Source: an uncultured Pseudomonadota bacterium (lineage in GTDB: Bacteria; Myxococcota_A; Polyangia; Fen-1088). From it: a DNA stretch of 64,000 nt. The stretch is from assembly GCA_963723305.1 (NCBI GenBank), contig CAVRRT010000046.1:239-64238 (forward strand), read 5' to 3'. Shown here one piece after another: positions 29,701 through 37,000 of this stretch (within the stretch, counting starts at the first letter, position 1; every line of letters starts with the position of its first letter). The notes under the pieces are model-generated. The model saw only the letters and a program-made list of their open reading frames with translations. It searched no databases and was not told the DNA's origin. The position numbers and the translations under genes were made by a program.

Positions 29701-30548
29701 GGGACAACGCGGGTCTTCACAGCGAACGCGCGATCACGCTGTTCCGCCAACATGACGGCGGCGTCAGCTGGGAGATGGCAACCGCCGAGCGCCTCGTGCT
29801 CGATTGCTTGTGGCACACGGGTCAGATCCGCCGGCTTCGCGAGCGAGCCTGGAGTGTGTGGCGCGAGGCGACGCGGAGGGGCGACAGGTATGCTGCGGCG
29901 CAGTTCGAGACCACGGTGCTCCCCGTGGTGCACCTGGCGAACGACGACGCTGCTTCCGCTTCGGCGGTCCTCGATCGGGCACTTCTGGATTCATCACGCG
30001 AGCCGCTGTCGATGCAACACTGGCAATATTCACAGACGCGCTCGCTGGTGGAGCTTTACGCCGGACGGCCTGCCGAAGCGCTCCGCATCCTCGAGACCCA
30101 ACAGGCCGCGCCCGTACATGCCTTGATTTCGCGAATCAAGGCCGTTCGAGTGTTTTCGGGTTTTCTACGTGCGACCGCGCTGCTCGGCGCGGCGCTCCAC
30201 CGACCGCACGACCTCCATGCCTTGTTACGCCGTGCAGATGGCGAGGCTCGCCGTATCGAAAAGGAACGGATCGCCCCCGAGACGGTGCACCTCCTGCGCG
30301 GGCAGATCGATCTCCTGTGCGATTGTCCGGGCAAGGCCGTCAAACAGTTCTCTTCGGCGGAGACCCTGTTCGCGCAGAAGGGCATGAAGTTCCTCGCCGC
30401 CGCAGCCGCCCACGGACGTGGTGTCGCGCTGGGCGGAACCGACGGTGTGGCTATTTGCGAGGAAGCCGGGCGCCGGTTGGAGGCCGAGGAGATTCGCTGT
30501 CCGGAGAAATTTCTCTTTCTGTTCGCCCCCGTCTCGGCACGGCGATAG
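26718..30548 (+). CDS. Ser/Thr protein kinase fused to a P-loop (AAA/STAND-type) NTPase and a long helical C-terminal region
   Basis: Kinase motifs GKGGMGAVYEV, HRDVKPSN, DFG and GTAAYMAPE. Walker A GESGVGKTAL. The start is either ATG 26718 (32-nt overlap with the sigma gene) or GTG 26781 (GGAGAG 6 nt upstream). Confidence 0.85.
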   Translation: MDYCRQNERRSVSLARNGEILVKAGPAKLEGQPGHESDGRTAEWLRSTRAPGQGATGTPSTQIESWLRAAAQLSAGPPAREAPLLRTGARLRGGRFVVGKVLGKGGMGAVYEVRDLERGANLALKTLLDTRSERLLDLKNEFRALQDLMHPNLVRLDELFESDGLWFFTMERIHGTPFSSFVRPCGLDPQRLRQSLKELAQGLLALHGADKIHRDVKPSNTLVERGGRVVLLDFGLVGDTRSTREGRRPGIGTAAYMAPEQASGDGGRPADWYSVGVMLYEALTGVVPFEGRPEDVLTRKLVEAVHPPSTRAEGVPLDLENLCLDLLRLEPGRRPTGEEVLQRIVGRELTLARQSTPKPETRRFVGRSHELHLLREALAKTGHAGPVTVLIQGESGVGKTALLDAFVQQLERSVIVLAGRCYEREFVPFKALDGLIDSLARHLDRIDDSALPRLLPSGCHALARIFPVLERVCRRANLPTDEAEPAWPIEARHTAFEALRELLAGLARSGPVVLAIDDLHWADVDSLAVLEDLLHGPLPRNVLLILLGRSGTRPPEVSGELLLLELGALPAGEARELACCLLAERPGEAPFDPAWLAEEAGRHPLFMEAMLRHGPAAGGGRIRLEDALAAQVKALPPPARAVLEIVSIATQPLSPATIARATGLFAEPLFKVVRDLQTERLLLSRSEGALASIEPYHDQVRRAVSGCMAPERQLNCHRSVAEALEVTAPEGSEALAIHWRTAGNTERARLHAIAAGHTARRALAFDRAATFYRWALDLQTGRGEMAADLHRWHAEALANAGRGAESAASYRAAADLAGGNEKTDLLRCRAEQLLRAGHVDEGLSALDAVLASLGMSRPRSLANAIRILVQERFLEACGALARRFVPLGDRRAAALARRADACWTTGLGLSWIDPVVAAVFHSRYLRLSRRLGDPVRVALGLCMRAPSGAFGGPPAGRARRTLELAREVMGGRTDPFVDGYQALSAGMVAFLLGEWDNAGLHSERAITLFRQHDGGVSWEMATAERLVLDCLWHTGQIRRLRERAWSVWREATRRGDRYAAAQFETTVLPVVHLANDDAASASAVLDRALLDSSREPLSMQHWQYSQTRSLVELYAGRPAEALRILETQQAAPVHALISRIKAVRVFSGFLRATALLGAALHRPHDLHALLRRADGEARRIEKERIAPETVHLLRGQIDLLCDCPGKAVKQFSSAETLFAQKGMKFLAAAAAHGRGVALGGTDGVAICEEAGRRLEAEEIRCPEKFLFLFAPVSARR

Positions 30549-30872
30549 GCCCCAGGTCGAAAGTCGACCCTCCGACCCCGTCTGGTGACAAACCCGTCGC
30601 CTTCAAGGCCCGGTGAGCTGGCCCGGTGAGCTCGACTCCGGCGCCGACGGGCGCCTCAATGGGGTGAACATCCGTGAAATGCGCCGGCCACGAGGACCGG
30701 TCGCGGCCTGTGAGGTCACTACCGCGATCCTCGCTCGGCGCCGAACCTGAGACGGCAGCCAGGGGCCGTCTGGCGGCACGAAGTGCGATCGGCGATTCGC
30801 CCCTTGTGGGTAGACCCCTCGTTCCTATTTTTCGCACGGGCCTCTCGCGGTGCCGGGTAAAGGAGCCATCAC

Positions 30873-32276
30873 ATGCTACTCAAGAAAGCGGTATCGACTT
30901 TTTATCTCTCCGCTGTGATTGCCGTTGGCTGTGGCGGGAGCAATGCCACCACCGGCTCTGGCGGCGGCGGCGGCTCGGTCGGAGGTTTAGGAGGCACCGG
31001 TGGTAAGGCGGGCGGCACCGCAGGGACCACCGGCGCGGCGGGCGGCACCGCGGGCACCACCGGCGCGGCGGGCGGCACCGCGGCCACCACCGGCGCGGGC
31101 GGTAACGGCGGCTCGGCCGGTGGTCCTCCCGCCACGCCAATCCTCAGCAGCTTGAATACCATCGCCACGATCGGATCGACCATCGATCCGATCAACAACC
31201 CCGCCATCGACCCGACCGGATCGTCAACCAACCCCTACGGGTTGGTGATCGCCCCGATATCTGCGGGACTGATCACCGCGCGCGATCTGGTGGTCTGCAA
31301 CTTCAACAATGGCCCCAATACGGTTCCGGGAAGCCCGGCGCCCAACACCCAGGGACAAGGAACCACCATCGTCGGCTTGCATCCAGTGGCAAGCGCGGCG
31401 GATGCCGGAATCGCAAACCCTTATCACATTGCGCAGTCGGCGAGCTTGCTGGGATGCAGTTCCTTGAGCATGTTGGCCGACGACAGCATTGCCGCCACCG
31501 CCTTTTCCGCCGGCATCGTTCCGCTGGTGGCACCCACCGGGTCTATCAGTTCCCCTTTTGCCGCCGACAACCTCGCGAAGCCATGGGGTTCAGCATACGT
31601 CGCCGCCGCCAATGGTCAGCCTCCCGCGTTGTACGTCTCGACCGCTGCTGGTTCGATCAACCGTATCACTCTGGACAACCCGAACAGCAGCGACGCTCAG
31701 ACCGCCTTCGCGCAAGTTGTCACGGGCTTTTGCGTCTCCGGAGTTGTCCAAGGCGGGACGGATTCGTTGCACGCTCCCTCCGGACTGACTTATGACCCCA
31801 AGAAGGACACGCTGTATGTCGTCGATACAAGTTCCTACAGCGTGGTGGCGCTCGCTCACGTGTCGAGTATCTCCGCCGACGGCATCACCGTGAATGGCGG
31901 CGATTGCACTGCCGGCCCTCCCACGGCCATCCCGACGTTCACGGGTCCCTCGATGTCCTCGGCCAGCGTCATTGCCAGCCCAAGCAGCCCCAACGGTGGA
32001 CAGCTGTTCAATGCGCCGATCAGTGCGGCACTGCTGCTGAATGGCGATGTGGTGGTCGGAAACGCTGACCAGGATCTGACGGTCAACGACGCCGGCACGA
32101 ATGAGAACCTGCTGTTCGAGATCTCGCCCACCGCGGGCATCGTCGGCTCGAAGCAGCTCGATCCAGGTTCTCCCGGTGCGCTGTTCGGAATTGCCGCCGG
32201 GCCAGACGGCAATGGCAACCAGCTGATTTACTTCAACGATGACAACGACAACACCGTGAAAGTGCTTTCGAAATAG
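30873..32276 (+). CDS. Lipoprotein with GGTAGTTGAA repeats and a possible beta-propeller-like body, function unknown
   Basis: Lipobox AVGCGG. 30-bp repeats at ~31000-31090. The repetitive beta-rich sequence is NHL-like by eye only. Confidence 0.65.
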   Translation: MLLKKAVSTFYLSAVIAVGCGGSNATTGSGGGGGSVGGLGGTGGKAGGTAGTTGAAGGTAGTTGAAGGTAATTGAGGNGGSAGGPPATPILSSLNTIATIGSTIDPINNPAIDPTGSSTNPYGLVIAPISAGLITARDLVVCNFNNGPNTVPGSPAPNTQGQGTTIVGLHPVASAADAGIANPYHIAQSASLLGCSSLSMLADDSIAATAFSAGIVPLVAPTGSISSPFAADNLAKPWGSAYVAAANGQPPALYVSTAAGSINRITLDNPNSSDAQTAFAQVVTGFCVSGVVQGGTDSLHAPSGLTYDPKKDTLYVVDTSSYSVVALAHVSSISADGITVNGGDCTAGPPTAIPTFTGPSMSSASVIASPSSPNGGQLFNAPISAALLLNGDVVVGNADQDLTVNDAGTNENLLFEISPTAGIVGSKQLDPGSPGALFGIAAGPDGNGNQLIYFNDDNDNTVKVLSK

Positions 32277-32473
32277 CCGCCTGCGCCGCACGGCCTTCGG
32301 CTGCCCCCCCCCGACAGCGTAAGCGCCCGAACATGCTGGACCGGGCGTTCAACGTGTCGGCGCCGAGCCGCGTCTGGGCCAGCGACTCACGAGGACCACA
32401 CGCCGGCCTGTCCCGTGCAATTTGTGCCGACTTGGCCGGTGCGCCCATAAAAAACCGTGCATAGGCTCCGCAG

Positions 32474-32749
32474 GTGGAAAAGGTGTGTGGGCGATGTGCG
32501 GAACCCGTCACGGACGTCTTCTGGCGGTGCTGGTGGTGTGGCTGCTACCTTTGCGCGGCGTGTGGGGACGCGGTCGGCCAGTGCGGTCACCCCGAGGCCG
32601 ACCGCGTGAACGAGGCGTCGCTGCGGGCCGAGAGCTACGAGGACCGGCCGCGCATCATCGAGCTTCTCAAGGGCGCCGGCTTCGACGCTCCACGCGCTCG
32701 CGGTGTCCTCGGGCTTCTGCCCCTGCGTCCGCGCGGCAAGCCGAACTAG
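32474..32749 (+). CDS. Small Cys-rich zinc-ribbon-like protein
   Basis: CGRC...CWWCGCYLCAACGDAVGQCGH, that is CxxC-N9-CxxCxC-N2-CxxC. GTG start, weak RBS. Confidence 0.4.
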   Translation: MEKVCGRCAEPVTDVFWRCWWCGCYLCAACGDAVGQCGHPEADRVNEASLRAESYEDRPRIIELLKGAGFDAPRARGVLGLLPLRPRGKPN

Positions 32750-32801
32750 AGCCGGGAGGCGGCCTTTCCGTTGGCGCTCAAAGCGGTTTAGTATTGGCCG
32801 A

Positions 32802-33233
32802 ATGATTCGCTTCTTGACTGGGGTGGCCCTGGTGGCTGGCGCGGTGAGCTTGGGTTGCGGAGGGAGCAGCGGACCAACGCGCGGCATGCAGTGCCAGGAG
32901 GTCATGCAGGTCTACTGCAACCGCGCCGCGGATCCGTGCCAGATCATCCCCACCGGCCAGGCGGTTTCAAATTGCATCAGCTCCGGAGTATCCGCCTGTT
33001 GCGATGGAGACTGTGGGGCAAGCGTGATCAGCACGGAGGCGCAGATCGACACCTGCATCGCCGACATCGAAGCGGCGTCCTGTGCCAGCTTGGACGTCTA
33101 CACCGGTGGATCGGTGCCTGCGAGTTGCGTCGGGGTGGTGGAGTCTGATCTCGTCCTCGGGGGCGGGACGTCCGGTTTGGGGAGCATCGACACCAATGTC
33201 GCGTCGCACGTCGGACAACTGATCTCACGATAG
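32802..33233 (+). CDS. Cys-rich lipoprotein, function unknown
   Basis: MIRFLTGVALVAGAVSLGCGG lipobox, then 12 further Cys in 124 aa. Confidence 0.55.
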   Translation: MIRFLTGVALVAGAVSLGCGGSSGPTRGMQCQEVMQVYCNRAADPCQIIPTGQAVSNCISSGVSACCDGDCGASVISTEAQIDTCIADIEAASCASLDVYTGGSVPASCVGVVESDLVLGGGTSGLGSIDTNVASHVGQLISR

Positions 33234-33290
33234 CCGGGCGATCGCGACCGTGGGCTCAGCCGGTCGACAAATCGTGCACAGGATCTGAAC

Positions 33291-33527
33291 GTGTCCACAC
33301 CTCGCTTCGGTCGATCCTGGGCGGTCATCGCCGGCTTTCTCGCTCTTGTCGCCTGCGCTTTGGCCGCGGAGGGATGTAGCGGCGGGTGTCCGGCGCCAAA
33401 TCCGGGGATGTGCGCGCCCAACCTCACCTGCGTCGATGGGTTTCGCCAAACGGGTGGCGCGTCTTGCGAAAACGGCGGGTGGGTTTGCGCGCAGGTCGCG
33501 TGCACGTCCGACTCGGGTACGGACTAG
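33291..33527 (+). CDS. Small secreted Cys-rich protein (78 aa)
   Basis: Signal/lipobox-like LALVACALAAEGCSGGC, 9 Cys, GTG start. Confidence 0.45.
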   Translation: MSTPRFGRSWAVIAGFLALVACALAAEGCSGGCPAPNPGMCAPNLTCVDGFRQTGGASCENGGWVCAQVACTSDSGTD

Positions 33528-33553
33528 ACGCGCGGACGAGGAGCGGCCTCGCG

Positions 33554-33877
33554 CTAAGCCTTAACGCGCCAGCTGACGTCGCATCCGACGGTGCCCTCGT
33601 GGTGGTCGCAGGCAAACTCACCGGTGCACCGTTGCAGCGCCCTGTCAGCGCGCTCCCCGAGCTCCGCCCAGGGCTGGCCGCGCTCCAGATCGTCGGCGAC
33701 AAAGATTTCTACCCCTCGAACCTGGAGCATCCAGCCGCGGGGGTTCACCGATCGCCGGCGGAGCTTGAGAGCCTCCCGCGCGGTCGGGTCGGTGCCATCG
33801 GATCGATCAATGAGGGCAGCCATCGCGTGCTGGATGCCCTCCTCTTCGCTGGTCGCGATGTGGATGTCACTGCTCAT
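33554..33877 (-). CDS. Hypothetical protein (107 aa)
   Basis: ORF with coding-like third-position G+C. No motif recognised. Confidence 0.4.
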   Translation of the reverse strand: MSSDIHIATSEEEGIQHAMAALIDRSDGTDPTAREALKLRRRSVNPRGWMLQVRGVEIFVADDLERGQPWAELGERADRALQRCTGEFACDHHEGTVGCDVSWRVKA

Positions 33878-33975
33878 AGCTGGCCCGTCGCCTGTCGCGC
33901 ATCTTGCTGCGCTTCTTCATAGCCGACGTCCGGCGCGCGGGCGCGGATTTTACGAGGCGAGGGTAAAGGCCTCGG

Positions 33976-34134
33976 CTACATGGACGATTGGACGTTGTTG
34001 AAGGTGTTCACCACCTTGCCGCCGAGGGTGAACACCACCGCGATGATGAGACCGGCTATGGCGGCCACGATCAGCCCATATTCCACCGCCGTTGCCCCTT
34101 GCTCGTCTCGAACCAAGTCAACCAGACTTGCCAT
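33976..34134 (-). CDS. flp: Flp/Fap-family type IVb pilin prepeptide
   Basis: MASLVDLVRDEQGATAVEYGLIVAAIAGLIIAVVF. This has the G/ATAVEYGLI Flp processing motif followed by a hydrophobic helix, 52 aa in total. Confidence 0.75.
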   Translation of the reverse strand: MASLVDLVRDEQGATAVEYGLIVAAIAGLIIAVVFTLGGKVVNTFNNVQSSM

Positions 34135-34263
34135 CTCTCGCTGCTCCCGCGTTGTTTGTCCGCTTACAGGTCCGCACCCTATCGCCACGGCCGCCCGGCT
34201 CGCTAGTGATGAACATCAAGCCGTTGCGCGTCACGAGCGGTCGGAACGCGGCGGAGTCTGAGC

Positions 34264-34560
34264 TCAGGCCGAGCGCCGGATCCGGTACGAGCGGAGCGTC
34301 GGCGGGCCAGCGAAGAAAGCCTTCACCTTGGCGACGACCTCCTTGGCGGTGCCGCTCGCGTCATAGGCGCGGGCGTGCTCCTCGGACTGCCAGACGGTGC
34401 AAGCGATGATCGGACCGGCGCCGTCGGCCGGCTCGAGCAGGTAGACGTCGAGGTTGCCGGGCGCGGCGCGCACGATGGGGACGCAGTCGCGGGTGTACGT
34501 TTCGCGGAGCGCGTCGAGCGTCCCCGGGAGCACCTCGAACGAGCCTTGCCGAACGAACAT
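34264..34560 (-). CDS. Antibiotic-biosynthesis-monooxygenase (ABM/Dabb-fold) domain protein
   Basis: 98 aa. The pattern ...CTVWQSEEHARAY... is typical of ABM domain proteins. Confidence 0.65.
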   Translation of the reverse strand: MFVRQGSFEVLPGTLDALRETYTRDCVPIVRAAPGNLDVYLLEPADGAGPIIACTVWQSEEHARAYDASGTAKEVVAKVKAFFAGPPTLRSYRIRRSA

Positions 34561-34635
34561 GAAGCGAGACTAGCAAATCCTGGTTGGGATAAAATGCAGC
34601 GGCCCGCCGGCTTGCTGCCGCTGGCCTTCGCTCCC

Positions 34636-36130
34636 ATGACGACGACCAACGACAGGATTCGGCTCCCAATGGTGCTCGTGCTGGCTGCCGTCGTCGGCGC
34701 TTGCCAGGGGAAGTCGGGCAACACCAGCGACGCGTCCGGCGCTGGAGCCCAGACAGCGACGGGCGGCGTGACGGGACGGGCGGCGTGACGGGGACGGGGG
34801 CGCGACGGGGACGGGCGGCACGACGGGGACGGGCGGCGCGACGGGGACGGGCGGTACGACGGGGACGGGCGGCGCGACAGGGACTGGCGGCGCGACGGGG
34901 ACGGGCGGTACGACAGCGACTGGCGGCGCTGCGGGCAGTTGCATCGGGGCGTCCATGCTCGGCAAGCTTGGCCTCAACCGGCTCCTCGTCGGCGTCAGCA
35001 CGTCGGACGCGACCGCCGCGATGGCGCCGTTCGACATCCGCTACATCTATCTGTCGGGTGGGCTGTTCGATTCGCCCACGCCCTGCACGGCGTGTGGGAG
35101 CGCCTGCACCGCCTCGGGGAATGTCTGCACCAATGGCTGCGCCTGGTGGGGTTGCTACGACAGCCCGCCCGGCATGTACGTCGGCTACTTCGTGCAGGCC
35201 GCCGCCAAGCCGTCGCCGCCGCAGATCCCGATGTTCACCTACTACGAGATCCTGCAGACGGCGCAGGCGACGTTCACCAACTTCGCCGAGGGGACCGCGG
35301 AGGCGACGCAGGCGGCGGCCAGCACGGCGCTCATGACCCGCTACTACGCCGACTGGCGGTTCTTGCTGCAGACGATCGGTCAGAACAAGGCGCTGCTCCA
35401 CATCGAACCGGACTTTTGGGGATACGCGCGCCAGGCCGGATCGCCGACCGCGGTGGCCGCCGCGGTGGCCAGCGCCAACCCTTCCGATTGCGCCGCGCTG
35501 CCAAACACCATCGCCGGCATGGGGCAGTGCTTGATCGCGATGGTGCGCAAGTACGCGCCGAACGCGTTCGTCGGCCTGAGCGCCTCGGCCTGGAACGTGG
35601 CTGGCAACACCAACAAGAGCGTCGACGTCACCACCGACGCCAAGTCGGCCGCCGCGTTCCTGGCCGCCTGCGGACAGAGCGGCGCCGACTTCATCGCCGT
35701 CGAGACCAGCGATCGAGACGCCGGCTACTACCAGACCGTGAAGAGCACGGACAACTGGTGGGACGCCACCGACGCGACGCTGCCGGACTACGCGCAGGAT
35801 CTGGCCTGGGTAAAGGCGCTCACCGAGGCGCTGGGGACGCCGGCGCTCTACTGGCAGACGCCGCTCGGCAACGCCAGCCAGAACAACACGGCCGACCATT
35901 ACCAGGACAACCGCGTCGACTATTTCTTCGGCGGCAGCGCGGCCGGCGTCGAGAGCGGCGCGCCGACGACCGTCCCCGCGCACTGGAGCGCGCTCGCCGC
36001 GGCGCACGTCATCGGCGTGGCGTTCGGCGCCGGCGCCGGCGATCAGACCACCCCCGACAGCGACGGTGGCTACCTGGTCTCGAAGACCAAGGCCTACCTC
36101 TCGGCGGGCGGCCAGTCGCTCTGTCCGTAG
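34636..36130 (+). pseudogene. Secreted lipoprotein with GTGG(A/T)T repeat linker and glycosidase-like C-terminal domain, interrupted by a 1-nt frameshift in the repeat
   Basis: Signal/lipobox MTTTNDRIRLPMVLVLAAVVGAC is in one frame and stops at 34786-34788. The repeat and a 391-aa domain continue in the frame of 34955..36130. ACGGGACG at 34771-34778 stands where every other unit has ACGGGGACG. Alternative start at 34594. Confidence 0.65.
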
Positions 36131-36321
36131 GCCGCCGCGATGACCGCCGCGTGCCGCCACCCGCCGCCGTGCGCGGCGAGGCGCGCGCCATCGCGCCGGG
36201 GACGTAAGGCGGTTCCCCTATTTCTCGCCGGCGGCGCCCCGAGCAATGGTGGCGCGGGCGAGCCTCCGTCCGTCGCGTCGCCGGAAATTGGCCGTCGCGC
36301 GCCCGGTGCTAAGGTATCCCG

Positions 36322-36828
36322 GTGCGAACGCTCGCGACGCTGGTGTGCCTGCTCGGGCTGACGGCATCCGCCCGGGCGCAGACCGCGCCGGCGGGGGCGG
36401 CGGAGAGCTACGAGGCGCAGAAGAAGAGCACCGCCCTGGCGGTGACGCTGGAGGCCCTCTCGCCGATCGCCGGCATGGGCGCTTTCTACGCGCACGACAG
36501 CGACCGGGCGACGGTGCTGGCGATCCTGAGCGCCGTTTCGGGGGGCGCCGTCGTCGGATCGGTGTTCTGGCTCGTCCACCTCGACGGGCAGCCGGCGGGG
36601 ACCACCGATCGCGTGATCACGGACGTCGAGCAGGGCGCGGCGATCACGATTCTGGCGACGGCGGCGGTCGTCTATCTCATCGCGCGCATCTCCGGACTGG
36701 CGCTGGCACCCGATGCGACGGCGGCCTTCAACCAAGACCTCCGGCGGAAGCTGGGGCTGCCGCCGCCCGAGCCGCTGATCCCCTTCCACGCCCTGGCGCC
36801 GGGCGCGATGTTGACCCTTCACTTCTGA
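36322..36828 (+). CDS. Hypothetical exported/membrane protein
   Basis: Signal peptide MRTLATLVCLLGLTASARAQ, followed by hydrophobic segments. GTG start. Confidence 0.5.
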   Translation: MRTLATLVCLLGLTASARAQTAPAGAAESYEAQKKSTALAVTLEALSPIAGMGAFYAHDSDRATVLAILSAVSGGAVVGSVFWLVHLDGQPAGTTDRVITDVEQGAAITILATAAVVYLIARISGLALAPDATAAFNQDLRRKLGLPPPEPLIPFHALAPGAMLTLHF

Positions 36829-37000
36829 GGGCCGACGGCGCGGCGGTCGTCGAAAGATGGCCCGCCGCGCGATCCGCTGCTCCCGCCAACCGGTGACCGC
36901 CCGCATGATGGACCGAGAGTCGGTCCCCGATTATCGGACCACGGCCTCCGTTTTTCGAAGAGTCAGCGCCGCTACCCCGGGGCAGGACGAGCGGGCATCA

